Shown piece by piece: positions 38,413 through 48,411 of a stretch of 64,000 bases of DNA. A model generated the notes under the pieces. It worked only from the letters and a program-made list of their open reading frames with translations. It had not been told where the DNA came from and did no database searches. The translations under genes and the position numbers were made by a program. Every line of letters begins with the position of its first letter. The stretch's first letter is position 1. Source of the DNA: Verrucomicrobiales bacterium (GTDB taxonomy: Bacteria > Verrucomicrobiota > Verrucomicrobiia > Limisphaerales > UBA11320); assembly GCA_016793885.1 (NCBI GenBank), contig JAEUHE010000016.1, forward strand, positions 2,984-66,983. Direction: 5' to 3'.

Positions 38413-38642
38413 GGCGGGACCTCGGTTTCTACGTCCGCGGTAGTTGCGCCTTTGCCTTTTGTTGGAAGGCCCTCCCAACTCAGGATGGCCGGTCGGCAGA
38501 CGGCGCACCAGGAATGTAGCGGCGCGCTTCCCTGCACGCCCGCTGGTTTTTCCGCTCAGAGAGGGCCGTCGCCCAGTCAGGGCCTATCATGCCCCAGGAA
38601 AACGGGCTTCCCCACGCCGGCACCACGTCGGGGTGATTGCGG

Positions 38643-38930
38643 CTAGGACTTCACGATCGAATCAAACTCAGCGTCGGTAAAGGCCTGGAGGGTTTGGGTC
38701 TGCACGTTGCCGAACGATGCGAGTTCGGTGAGCAGATGGAGCACCTTCGTTTCCGAACTTGCTTCGAGAATGAGGACGCCGTCATATCCCCCCATGGTCC
38801 AATACTGACCTGCGACTTTAACCCCAGCCTTGGCGGCAAGTCGGTCAAACTGGTGGGCGCGGCGGGTGGATTTCTTGACATTCTTGGATCCCTGCGGCGT
38901 GAAGGTGAGAAGAGCGATGTAGCGAGGCAT
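38643..38930 (-). CDS. GYD domain protein
   Basis: ORF 38643..39014, trimmed to ATG 38930 (MPRYIALLTFTPQGSKNVKKST...GQYWTMGGYDGVLILEA), which includes the eponymous GYD motif. Confidence 0.8.
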   Translation of the reverse strand: MPRYIALLTFTPQGSKNVKKSTRRAHQFDRLAAKAGVKVAGQYWTMGGYDGVLILEASSETKVLHLLTELASFGNVQTQTLQAFTDAEFDSIVKS

Positions 38931-39051
38931 GACGCCACTATGCCTCAGCCTAGACTCCGCGGCTCCTCCTAGGTTGCCTGATTCGAAGCGTTGCTTGGCG
39001 TTGGAGTGAGTCAAGCGAACAGCGCGTGAATGACCTGTCCCCGCACGTCGG

Positions 39052-40029
39052 TCAGCCGAAAGTCCCGTCCGAGAATAGATCGGGGTCTAGCTCGCTGCGT
39101 CTGGGAAAGGAAGTTTGAGTGCCCTGGGTCAGTACACTGCGGCTTGCGATGTGACAGGCTCTTTGGAGGGCGGGCCCGAGGGCCAGCCCCATCGAGAGGA
39201 AGAACGCGAGGCTGCCAATGAAGCAGTCCCCGGCTCCGGTGGTATCGACCGCTTGGACGGCGGGGGCTGAGCTGAGTAGGATTTCGCCTCCGGGAGTGAG
39301 GGCGAGGGCGCCCTGTGCTCCGAGGGTGATGACCACGGTTTGCGGGCCGCGCGATTGCAGGGCGCGGGCGGCCCTTTCGGCTTCCTCCAGGTTCGTGACG
39401 GGGATTCCGGTGAGCGCCGTCGCTTCGCTCTCGTTGGGGGCGAGTAAATCCGTGACCGCGAGCAACTCCGCCGGGACCTGCTCGGGCGGTGCGGGGTTAA
39501 GCAGGGTAATGGTTCCTCCTTGCTCGCGGGCTATTCGGAAAGCTTCGAGACTGCATTTCCACGGGATCTCGAGTTGACAGAGCACCACCTGAGCAGCGCG
39601 GATTGCGCCGGCAGCCTGGCGGACATCGGCCGGCTGTAAGGCTTGGTTCGCGCCAGGAACGACCAGAATACAGTTCTGTCCGCTGGATTCTTCCACCCAG
39701 ATGGGCGCGACTCCGGAAGGAAGCCGATCGTCGAAGGACACAAACTCGGTTCGAATACCCTCGGCAACGTAGTGTTTAGCGGTCTGCTTGCCGATGGCAT
39801 CGTTGCCCAGCCTGGCCACGAGGGTTACATCGGCTCCGAGGCGTGCAGCGGTCACTGCTTGGTTGGCTCCCTTCCCGCCAAAGCCGGTATGGTACGAGCT
39901 TCCGCGCAATGTCTCGCCCAAGCGGGGGATTGTGGGTGTCCTGGTCACCTGATCAAACATGGCGCTGCCGACAACGCAAATGCGGGGGATGCGGTTCATG
40001 CGCAATCGATGGGACTTGCCATTCGCCAT
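39052..40029 (-). CDS. rbsK: Ribokinase (PfkB family)
   Basis: GGKGANQAV, the NxxE-like LAPNESEA, and DTTGAGDCFIGSLA. Confidence 0.85.
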   Translation of the reverse strand: MANGKSHRLRMNRIPRICVVGSAMFDQVTRTPTIPRLGETLRGSSYHTGFGGKGANQAVTAARLGADVTLVARLGNDAIGKQTAKHYVAEGIRTEFVSFDDRLPSGVAPIWVEESSGQNCILVVPGANQALQPADVRQAAGAIRAAQVVLCQLEIPWKCSLEAFRIAREQGGTITLLNPAPPEQVPAELLAVTDLLAPNESEATALTGIPVTNLEEAERAARALQSRGPQTVVITLGAQGALALTPGGEILLSSAPAVQAVDTTGAGDCFIGSLAFFLSMGLALGPALQRACHIASRSVLTQGTQTSFPRRSELDPDLFSDGTFG

Positions 40030-40177
40030 TCTTAGTCGAGGCCCTGGCGGTCGGGCAAGCAGGTTTGGTGCAGCAGTGCTGGGACGGGCTTGATGATTTT
40101 ATTCACACCCGCAGCGAGGAGCCCCCATCAAAACGCTGGAGTTGATCCTGGCGTTGGACAAAGCTGGCTCACCACAC

Positions 40178-41272
40178 ATGAAAACGAATCGTCGCGATTG
40201 GTTGAAATGGGGCGGCGGAGCCCTGGGTTGTGCACTGGTTTCCGGGTTGCCGGGCATCACGGTCGGCGCTGGATCCACCCCCGGAGTGCCTGCGCGGATC
40301 AAGATCGGGCAGATCGGCGTCGGACACGCGCATGCCACCAAGCTTGGCGTTTACCGCGCTTCGCCAGACTATGAGGTGGTCGGGATTGTGGAGCCCGATG
40401 CCGAGCTTCGTCGCGCCGCGGAATCGCAAGCGGCCTTCCGTGGCCTTCCCTGGATGACGGAAGCGGAGCTGTTGGCGGTGCCGGGACTCCAGGCCGTTCT
40501 GGTCGAGACGAGGGTTAGGGATCTCCTGCCAGCAGCGGAAGCCTGTGTGCGAGCAGGAAAGCACGTACATCTCGACAAACCCGCCGGTGATTCGCTGCCG
40601 CGGTATGCTCGGCTGTTAAAGCGAGCGGCTGAGCAGAGGCTCCTGGTTCAAATGGGCTACATGTACCGCTACAATCCCGGCGTCGTGCTGCTACGGCAAT
40701 TTCTCAAGGACGGCTGGTTGGGGGACGTTTTTGAAGTTCACGCGGTCATGAGCAAGGTGGTGGAGCCGGCGGCGCGTCGAGAGTTCGCCGAGTTTTCCGG
40801 AGGGATCTTGTTCGAACTCGGAGGCCATATTGTCGACTTGGTGGTCGGAGTTTTGGGAAAACCAGAACGAGTTGCTCCATTCCCTCGCCGAAGCACCGAT
40901 CCAGGGGATGGGTTGATGGACAACATGCTGGCGGTGTTTGAGTATCCTAGAGCCACAGCTACGGTGAAATGCTCTGCGATCGAGGTTGAGGGGTGGGATC
41001 GGCGACACCTGGTCGTCTGCGGGACGCGGGGAACCTTTCAGATCCAACCTCTCGACAATCCTTCCGCCCGCATCTCCCTGGATCAAGCCCGCGGGCCCTA
41101 CCGAAAAGGTTCGCAGGAAGTCACGTTCGCGAAGTACACCCGCTACGTCGGTGATGCCGCCGACATGGCGAAGATCCTGCGCGGAGAAAAGCCCAACGAC
41201 TTTTCCTATTCACATGATCTGGATGTTCAGGACACCTTGCTCCGCGCGTGCGGAATGTCGGTTCGCCGGTGA
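40178..41272 (+). CDS. Gfo/Idh/MocA family oxidoreductase with a Tat-type signal
   Basis: ORF 40142..41272, trimmed to ATG 40178 (MKTNRRDWLKWGGGALGCALV). IKIGQIGVGHAH Rossmann motif; AGKHVHLDKPAG. Confidence 0.85.
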   Translation: MKTNRRDWLKWGGGALGCALVSGLPGITVGAGSTPGVPARIKIGQIGVGHAHATKLGVYRASPDYEVVGIVEPDAELRRAAESQAAFRGLPWMTEAELLAVPGLQAVLVETRVRDLLPAAEACVRAGKHVHLDKPAGDSLPRYARLLKRAAEQRLLVQMGYMYRYNPGVVLLRQFLKDGWLGDVFEVHAVMSKVVEPAARREFAEFSGGILFELGGHIVDLVVGVLGKPERVAPFPRRSTDPGDGLMDNMLAVFEYPRATATVKCSAIEVEGWDRRHLVVCGTRGTFQIQPLDNPSARISLDQARGPYRKGSQEVTFAKYTRYVGDAADMAKILRGEKPNDFSYSHDLDVQDTLLRACGMSVRR

Positions 41273-41352
41273 CCTGATTTTCCCTTGCCAGCCAGCGGCT
41301 GGGCGGGCAGAAGAGTGTTTCAACACTGCGGTCCCGTATGCTTTCGTGATTT

Positions 41353-42207
41353 ATGTCTCTACCTGCTTCATTCTGTCCTGACCTGGTTGGCTGCCTTTCA
41401 CAAGGCGCAGCGGGAAATCCCACGGTCGCCATGATCGAGGCCGCCTTCCGGCATCACCGGATCAACGGCCGCTACATCAATATGGAGTGTCCGCCTGAAA
41501 ACCTGGCGGATGCCGTTAAAGGGTTGCGGGCCACCGGTTACAAGGGATTCAACCTCAGCATGCCGCACAAAGTGAGCGTCATCCCGCTGCTGGATGGTCT
41601 GGGCCAGTCGGCGTCGGTAATCGGGGCGGTTAACTGCGTCGTCCGGCGGGGGGACAAACTGATCGGCGAAAACACCGATGGAAAGGGATTTCTGCGCTCT
41701 CTTCAGGAGTTGACCGATCCGCGAGGCAAGACGGTGGTGCTGTTTGGAGCGGGCGGAGCCGCACGAGCGGTGGCGGTCGAGCTCGCCCTCGCCGGAGTGA
41801 GTCGATTCATCCTGGTGAATCGCTCGCCGGAGCGAGGTCGTCCGTTGCTCGACCTCCTGGTGAGCAAGCTGAGCTGTCGGGCGGAATTGCACCCGTGGAC
41901 CGGAGATTTTGCCCTGCCGTCCGAGGCGGACATCGTGATTAACGGAACTTCAATCGGGCTGTATGACGACCATGCGCGACTGCCTCTCGACGTCTCTACA
42001 TTTAGGTCAGGCCAGATTGTGGCGGATGTGGTGTTTAGCCCGCCGGTGACTCGTTTCCTCCGCGACGCCCGAGAGGCCGGCTGCAAAACCCTGGATGGCC
42101 TCTCCATGCTCGTCAACCAGGGGGTGTTAGGTGTCGAGTACTGGACCGGGATACTGCCCGACAGTGCAGTGATGTATCAGGCACTGGCTGCTGCGATGCG
42201 ACTTTAG
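41353..42207 (+). CDS. aroE: Shikimate dehydrogenase
   Basis: GYKGFNLSMPHK, IGAVNCVV, NTDGKGF, LFGAGGAARAV, and the C-terminal LDGLSMLVNQG. Confidence 0.85.
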   Translation: MSLPASFCPDLVGCLSQGAAGNPTVAMIEAAFRHHRINGRYINMECPPENLADAVKGLRATGYKGFNLSMPHKVSVIPLLDGLGQSASVIGAVNCVVRRGDKLIGENTDGKGFLRSLQELTDPRGKTVVLFGAGGAARAVAVELALAGVSRFILVNRSPERGRPLLDLLVSKLSCRAELHPWTGDFALPSEADIVINGTSIGLYDDHARLPLDVSTFRSGQIVADVVFSPPVTRFLRDAREAGCKTLDGLSMLVNQGVLGVEYWTGILPDSAVMYQALAAAMRL

Positions 42208-42211
42208 CAGC

Positions 42212-42449
42212 CAACACCGCCGTCGCGTTGGCACGGCTGTTGTGAGGTGCGGAAGCCTTGGGAGCGGGGACATGTTGCCCACGGAGCACACGGATCCGGG
42301 GAGCGACTGCAACACCGACTGCGGGTGCGGGGCGAGTCGCCGAGCCGACTGAAGTTACTGTTCTGCTGGATCCCTTCCGACTCCGTGTGTTCGGTGTGTT
42401 CCGTGGGGAAACTCTTCCTTGGAGGTTGTCTCGGCCTTCCTTTCGAGCC
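42212..42449 (+). repeat. Dispersed ~230-bp intergenic repeat, copy A (contains a long CCACGGA-type hairpin)
   Basis: It aligns with 48412..48635 in the same orientation. By manual count there are 7 mismatches in a 74-nt block and 8 in a ~112-nt block, with an indel-rich centre. It starts 5 nt after the aroE stop. Confidence 0.8.
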
Positions 42450-42565
42450 TGGCAGGCTCCGGCGATCGTTCGAAGATCATTGTGGCGTTGAGAGCAAGAG
42501 GTGAATCCTTCAGGAACAGTTTCTCCTCTCTGGTCAAGCGCCTGTTCTCCCGTTAGAAGAGATCC

Positions 42566-45500
42566 ATGCAGCACCCTAAAGTCTCGCAACGTGACCTTTT
42601 TCGGTCGGGTTTTCTGGGCCGCCTCAGTTGGCTCCCTGTCTGCCTCCTGATCGCGGTCGCTCTAGCCGGTGGGTCGGCTTGGGCCCAGGGGAAGAAGGTT
42701 TTTCGAGCTGGCACGCATATCGTCGACATTACTCCCACGCGCTTCCCGGTGTTGGTCAACGCGATGTTTACCGAGCGAACTGCGACCAATGTCGCGGACC
42801 GGCTGCACGTCCGCTCTCTCGCGCTTGACGACGGTACAACCCGCGTGGTGATGGCAGTGATCGACACCTGCATGGTGGCTCGGGACTTGATGGACCGGGC
42901 TAAGGAGCAGGCGAGTCAGGTTACCGGCATCCCGGTTGAGAAGATGCTGGTGTCGGCCACCCACACACACTCCGCCCCCTCGGCCATGGGATGTTTGGGC
43001 AGTCGCATGGATACCAACTATGCCCGCTTTCTCGAGCCGCTGATTGCGGAGGCGATTATTGGAGCGGCTCGAAACCTCACTCCGGCTCGGATTGGCTGGG
43101 GTTCAGTGGATGATTGGGATCACACCTTCAATCGACGCTGGATTCGACGTCCCGATCGCCTGCTGACAGATCCGTTCGGACAGAAATCGGTTCGCGCCCA
43201 CATGCATCCGGGACACCAGAGTCCCGATGCCGTGGGGCCTTCCGGTCCGGTGGATCCGGGACTTTCCGTTGTCGCCCTGCAGACTTTGGACGGAAAATAC
43301 CTGGCGCTCCTGGGTAACTATTCGCAGCACTACTACGGGTCGCCCCTGATCTCCTCCGACTATTATGGCAGGTTTTGCAAATACATGGCGGAGTTTCTCG
43401 GAGGTCAGGCTCCAGGCGTTGGAGCCGGCTTTTTGGCGTTGATGTCCCAGGGCACAAGCGGCGATTTGATGTGGATGGATTATGCCGCCCCGGCCCGCGA
43501 TATTGGCTACGACGCCTACGCGCGGGAGATGGCCACTCTGGCCACCGATGTCGTCCGGCGAATCGAGTTCCAGGATTGGGTGCCGTTGGGCATGGCGGAG
43601 CGCACAATTGAGCTGAGCTATCGCGCTCCAGATGCCGATCGGCTGACCTGGGCCCGGCGGCTGGCGAAGACGTTCGAAGGACGTTTGCCGAGCACGCTGC
43701 CCGAGGTCTATTCCTTGGAAGCACTGGCGCTGCATGAGCGGCCCCGGACCGAGTTGAAGCTTCAGGCCCTGCGCATCGGGGATCTCGGAATTACCGCTCT
43801 GCCAAACGAGGTCTTCGCCCTCACGGGATTGAAACTGAAGGCCCAGAGCCCGTTTCGACAGACGTTCAACATCGAGCTAGCCAACGGGGCGGAGGGGTAT
43901 ATTCCGCCCCCTGAACAGCATCGACTGGGGGGATACACCACCTGGCCCGCGCGGACCGCGGGCTTGGAGGAACGCGCGGAACCGCGGATTGTGGAAACCT
44001 TGCTGTCACTCCTCGAGGACCTGTCGGGTTCGCGGCGAATTCCCATGACCAATAGTCACGGTGCTTACGCTCGGGCGGTTCTCGCCTCCCAACCAGCGGC
44101 GTATTGGCGGCTGGAGGAAGGAGTGATCCCGACGGCATACGATGCGAGTGAGCATCGGCGCAACGCCACCTTCGAGGATGGGATCGCCCTCTTCCTGCCA
44201 GGTGCCAGCGCGACAGTTGGTTTTCACCCGGCACGTCTCGAAACCACCAATGCCTTCAGCGGCCCGGTCATCAACCGAGCCGTGCACTTTGCGGGGGGGC
44301 GACTGCGCGCCGGAGCCCCGCGCACACGCGGAGCCTACACCGCCGAGTTCTGGGTCTGGAATGGCTTGCCTACTTCGGTCCGGGACACGACTGGTTACCT
44401 TTTTTCCCGAGGCGACGATGGGGTCTATGGCGCACCGGGGGAACATCTCTCGATCGGGGGGACGCGAACCGTCCCTGGACGTTTGGTGTTTTCGAACGGG
44501 GGAAGCGACCGGAGTCAGTCGTTGGTTGGAAAGCGAGATCTGCCTTGGCGTACCTGGCATCACGTGGTGCTGGTGAGGGACGGTAAACGCGTCGCAGCAT
44601 ATGTTAACGGCGAGACCGATCCCGATCTCGCAGGGGAACTGGAACCTGGGCGCGAGACCCCAACCGAGGAGCTCTTCTTCGGGGGACGGTCTGACGGTGC
44701 TTTCGGCCTGGAAGGGAAGCTCGACGAGGTGGCGTGGTATGATCGAGCGCTTGCTCCCGGCGAGATCGAGGCACACTTCAACGCCTCCACCTTAGTTAAG
44801 CCGTCCCGAGCCGCTGCGCTCACCCCGGCCGCTCCCGTCCCCGTTGGGACCGGCATCCAAGCCTTGAGGCCTATCGCTCGATGGCTCGCTTCAGTCTCGG
44901 AGGGACAAACCTTGCTCGGTGGCCCCAGACAGCCGGTCGCGATAGCGGAGGCCGGAGTGGCAGTGCCGGCGGCGGATGCTGTAGCGGCGCGCTTCTCGGG
45001 CGGGAGAATTGCGGCCAGAGTGCCAGGCCTGGGGGCTAATTACAGCGCCGCGTTTTGGTTTTACAATGAGCTGCCAACCACTGTCCGACCGGTGACTGGC
45101 TACCTCTTCTCACGAGGTGAGGATGGGGCTGACGGGGCCCCGGGAGATCACCTTGGCATCGGTGGCAGTCATAGCAACGCCGGTGTCTTGATTTGGTTTA
45201 ACGGCAATCAGCGTGACGAGATTCGCGCTGGTCGAACGCAGTTGGTGCCGCTGACTTGGCATCACGTCGTCCTGGTCCGAGAAGGCCGCCGAGTGCGGGT
45301 GCATCTCGATGGGGCGTCGAAGCCCGAGATAGACGCCGAGCTCGAGCCGACATTCCCGCCCGCTAATCCCCAGGTTTTCTGGGGAGGCAGGAACGATGGC
45401 TTCGCCAGTCTCAACGGCCGACTGACCGATATCGCCCTTTTCGATCGGGCCCTTTCGGCAGAGGAGATCGCATCGATTCTCCCTTTAGCTTCACTGGAGA

Positions 45501-48406
45501 AGCGAGGCCAGGCCTCGGCCGCTTCCAGTTCAACGGTTGCGAACGAGCCGCTTTCCCCTGCCGCCTCCCTCGCCAAGATCCATGTTCCGGAGGGATTCCG
45601 GGTCGATTTAGTGGCGTCGGAACCGCTGGTGGAATCGCCGGTGGCGATCGACTGGGATGAGCGTGGAAGGCTGTGGGTGGTGGAGATGGTGGATTATCCC
45701 CTGGGACTCGATGGCCAAGGGAAAGCTGGGGGACGCATTCGAATCTTGGAGGATGTTGACAGGGACGGCCGCTATGACAAGAGCACTCTTTTCGCCGAGG
45801 GACTCTCCTTTCCAACCGGGCTGCTGTGTTGGCGAGATGGGGTTTTGGTAACGGCCGCGCCGGAGATCTTATTCCTGAAGGATGGTGATGGCGACGGCAA
45901 GGCAGAGGTTCGCGAAGTCCGCTTCAGTGGATTTTTTGAGGGAAATCAACAGCTCCGAGTTAACGGTTTGCGCTGGGGATTGGACAATTGGGTTTATTGT
46001 GCCAGCGGCGCTCACCATGGCGGCTATGGCACGGCTACGAAAATCAGGTCCCATCTCAACGGTCAGGATTACGCCATCGGAAGCCGCGACTTTCGCTTCA
46101 ACCCGGACACGGGAGAGTTGGATGCTCAGAGCGGCCCGTCACAATTTGGACGGAATCCAGACAACTGGGGCAACTGGTTTGGTGTGCAGAACTCCTGGCC
46201 CCTGTGGCACTACGTACTGGCGGATCAATACCTGCGACGCAACCCGTACGTGGCCGCGCCCAATCCGGTTCACCAAGTCGTCACGCCGAACAATCCCAAG
46301 GTCTTCCCGGCCAGCGCGCGGGAGAAGCGGTTTCACAGCTTCGGCGAGTCAGGGCATTTCACCTCGGCGTGCGCCGCCATGATCTATCGCGATGACCTTT
46401 TGTCTGGCACCGGCGAACTGAGGCATGCGTTCACCTGTGAGCCGTTCCACAATCTGGTTCAGCATAACCTCGTTCACGAGGATGGCGTCACCTTCAAGGG
46501 CACGCGGGCTGAAGTCGGTTCGGCGATGGATTTTTTTGCGAGTGAAGATCGGTGGTGTCGGCCGGTGATGACCCGTACCGGGCCCGATGGTGCGTTGTGG
46601 GTGGTCGACATGTATCGCTACATGATCGAGCACCCCGAGTGGCTGCCACCGGAAGGAAAGGCCGAGCTTCTGCCGCACTACCGACGCGGCGAGGATCGTG
46701 GGCGGATCTATCGGGTGCTTCCCCGGCTTGGCACTCCGCGGCCGGTGCCGGCCTTGGCTTCCGCGACCTCAGATCAGCTGGTGGAGACTCTGGAGTCGCC
46801 CAACGGCTGGCAAAGGGACAAGGCTCAGATGCTGCTTCTCTGGCGTCAGGATCTCAAGGTTGTGCCCTTGCTCGAAAAACTGGCGCGTGAGAGTTCGGCT
46901 CCGCTGGGACGGCTGCATGCCCTATGTACGATGGATGGACTCGGCTCGCTGCCGGTCGAACTTTTGACGGCCGCCTTTCGCGATCCTCATCCGGGCGTTC
47001 GAATCCACGCCCTGCGCTTATCGGAGACGCGTTTGACACCGGAGATTCTTTCCGAGGCAGTGCGTTTAGCGTCCGACTCGGAGCCTAAAGTTGTGTTGCA
47101 ACTCGCCTTGACGCTGGGGCAGTGGAGGGATCCGAGAGCGGGTGCGACCTTGGCGAGGATCGCGGTATCGCATGGTACCGATCGTTTTATACAGGCCGCA
47201 GTTTTGAGCTCTTCGCGTCTTCATGTCCTCCCTTTGATCGATGGGATTCTTTCGGCTGACGGAGGGACCCGGGCTGGCTGGGTGGATCCGCTTCTCAATC
47301 TCGCCTTGGCTACCGAACAACGCGAGCCTTTGGCGCGCTTGTTGAGCCGCCTCTTGACTGGCTCGGGAGAAACGCCGGATTGCGCGCAGATGGACCAGAT
47401 GGGACGATTTCTGGACGGGTTGAGCCGTCGAAAAAGCTCCTGGTCGGCACTGAGGTTGGGTGAGGCCACGGGGACTGATGCCCTCAACCAACAACTCGAC
47501 CGGTTGCCCTCGTTCTTAGCATCCGTCGAGCGCTTAAGCCGTGACTCCGGGGCCGCAGCGGCCACGCGGCTTTCGGCCGGCGCCTTGTTGGTTCGAGAGG
47601 AGAGGTATCGGGGCGACGCGCTCCGATTGCTGGCTGAGCTGCTGAACCCGCGAGTTCCCGGCGAGCTGCAGCAAGGGGTCGTCAAGGCGATGGGACGAAG
47701 TGCCGATCGGGCCGTCCCGGAGATTATAGGGCGGGCCTGGCCCGTGCTCCTTCCGGAGATCCGACGCAAGGCGTTGGATGAGCTGCTCGGTCGCGAGGCT
47801 TGGTGCCTGGAGTTGCTCCGTCTGGCCGAGAACGGAACGATTCCCCGGACCTCGCTGGATGCAGCGAGCGCGGGGCGCTTGCTGCGTCATGCCTCGCCAC
47901 AAGTCAAGGAGGCGGCGGGCCGAATTTTGAGCGAGCCGGTTGGAGGAAGTCGTGTCGGTGCGGTAGACGCGTTGCGTCCGGCGTTGTCAATCGAGGGAGA
48001 CGCAGGGCGGGGGGCGGTTGTGTTCTCGAGATTGTGTGCTTCCTGCCATCGGCTCGGGACTCAAGGCAGCGACCTCGGTCCCAACCTCCAGTCGGTCGCC
48101 AATCATCCCCCCGAGAAGCTTCTCGTTTCAATTGTCGATCCTAACGCCAGCATCGAGCCCGGGTTTACGGCGTACACCGCAACGATGTCCGACGGGGAGG
48201 AACTCTACGGGTTGATTGCGGCCGAAACGGGCAATAGCCTGGTCTTCAAGTTGGCTGATGGAAAAACGCGTCCCGTGCTCCGCTCGGACATTGCGACGTT
48301 GAGCAGTGGCAATCTCTCGCTCATGCCCGAGGGCTTAGAGGTAGGGCTAAAGCTGCAGGAGGTTGCCGATTTGATTCGTTTCATCCGCAGCTCGGGGAAT
48401 CTCTAG
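42566..48406 (+). CDS. 1946-aa exported fusion: neutral-ceramidase-like domain + 2 LamG + Pirellula/Verrucomicrobium-type membrane-bound-dehydrogenase domain + HEAT-like repeats + C-terminal CxxCH haem domain
   Basis: Signal-like LPVCLLIAVALAGGSAWA. Ceramidase-like LVSATHTHSAPSAMG. LamG modules end in LDEVAWYDRAL and LTDIALFDRAL. Dehydrogenase-domain start: VPEGFRVDLVASEPLVESPVAIDWDERGRLWVVEMVDYP (TIGR02604-like). The C-terminus RGAVVFSRLCASCHRLG...SLMPEGL is TIGR02603-like, with CASCH at 48035..48049. Confidence 0.9.
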   Translation: MQHPKVSQRDLFRSGFLGRLSWLPVCLLIAVALAGGSAWAQGKKVFRAGTHIVDITPTRFPVLVNAMFTERTATNVADRLHVRSLALDDGTTRVVMAVIDTCMVARDLMDRAKEQASQVTGIPVEKMLVSATHTHSAPSAMGCLGSRMDTNYARFLEPLIAEAIIGAARNLTPARIGWGSVDDWDHTFNRRWIRRPDRLLTDPFGQKSVRAHMHPGHQSPDAVGPSGPVDPGLSVVALQTLDGKYLALLGNYSQHYYGSPLISSDYYGRFCKYMAEFLGGQAPGVGAGFLALMSQGTSGDLMWMDYAAPARDIGYDAYAREMATLATDVVRRIEFQDWVPLGMAERTIELSYRAPDADRLTWARRLAKTFEGRLPSTLPEVYSLEALALHERPRTELKLQALRIGDLGITALPNEVFALTGLKLKAQSPFRQTFNIELANGAEGYIPPPEQHRLGGYTTWPARTAGLEERAEPRIVETLLSLLEDLSGSRRIPMTNSHGAYARAVLASQPAAYWRLEEGVIPTAYDASEHRRNATFEDGIALFLPGASATVGFHPARLETTNAFSGPVINRAVHFAGGRLRAGAPRTRGAYTAEFWVWNGLPTSVRDTTGYLFSRGDDGVYGAPGEHLSIGGTRTVPGRLVFSNGGSDRSQSLVGKRDLPWRTWHHVVLVRDGKRVAAYVNGETDPDLAGELEPGRETPTEELFFGGRSDGAFGLEGKLDEVAWYDRALAPGEIEAHFNASTLVKPSRAAALTPAAPVPVGTGIQALRPIARWLASVSEGQTLLGGPRQPVAIAEAGVAVPAADAVAARFSGGRIAARVPGLGANYSAAFWFYNELPTTVRPVTGYLFSRGEDGADGAPGDHLGIGGSHSNAGVLIWFNGNQRDEIRAGRTQLVPLTWHHVVLVREGRRVRVHLDGASKPEIDAELEPTFPPANPQVFWGGRNDGFASLNGRLTDIALFDRALSAEEIASILPLASLEKRGQASAASSSTVANEPLSPAASLAKIHVPEGFRVDLVASEPLVESPVAIDWDERGRLWVVEMVDYPLGLDGQGKAGGRIRILEDVDRDGRYDKSTLFAEGLSFPTGLLCWRDGVLVTAAPEILFLKDGDGDGKAEVREVRFSGFFEGNQQLRVNGLRWGLDNWVYCASGAHHGGYGTATKIRSHLNGQDYAIGSRDFRFNPDTGELDAQSGPSQFGRNPDNWGNWFGVQNSWPLWHYVLADQYLRRNPYVAAPNPVHQVVTPNNPKVFPASAREKRFHSFGESGHFTSACAAMIYRDDLLSGTGELRHAFTCEPFHNLVQHNLVHEDGVTFKGTRAEVGSAMDFFASEDRWCRPVMTRTGPDGALWVVDMYRYMIEHPEWLPPEGKAELLPHYRRGEDRGRIYRVLPRLGTPRPVPALASATSDQLVETLESPNGWQRDKAQMLLLWRQDLKVVPLLEKLARESSAPLGRLHALCTMDGLGSLPVELLTAAFRDPHPGVRIHALRLSETRLTPEILSEAVRLASDSEPKVVLQLALTLGQWRDPRAGATLARIAVSHGTDRFIQAAVLSSSRLHVLPLIDGILSADGGTRAGWVDPLLNLALATEQREPLARLLSRLLTGSGETPDCAQMDQMGRFLDGLSRRKSSWSALRLGEATGTDALNQQLDRLPSFLASVERLSRDSGAAAATRLSAGALLVREERYRGDALRLLAELLNPRVPGELQQGVVKAMGRSADRAVPEIIGRAWPVLLPEIRRKALDELLGREAWCLELLRLAENGTIPRTSLDAASAGRLLRHASPQVKEAAGRILSEPVGGSRVGAVDALRPALSIEGDAGRGAVVFSRLCASCHRLGTQGSDLGPNLQSVANHPPEKLLVSIVDPNASIEPGFTAYTATMSDGEELYGLIAAETGNSLVFKLADGKTRPVLRSDIATLSSGNLSLMPEGLEVGLKLQEVADLIRFIRSSGNL

Positions 48407-48411
48407 GGCGC

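Noticed and set aside
42258-42491. Similar small ORFs inside the two dispersed repeats (42258..42491 and 48458..48730 on plus; 42355..42537 and 48347..48595 on minus), raising the question of a repeated small protein
   Set aside because: The similarity simply reflects the DNA repeat. The frames are disrupted by the indel-rich centre. The peptides are low-complexity (HGTHRTH / FRVFGVFRG type) and correspond to the two arms of a hairpin. They are interpreted as non-coding.
46993-47012. tRNA T-arm-like string GGGCG-TTCGAATCCA-CGCCC
   Set aside because: It lies in frame inside the 1946-aa CDS (…GVRIHALR…). The loop is 10 nt rather than 7, and no acceptor, D or anticodon arms are present around it.
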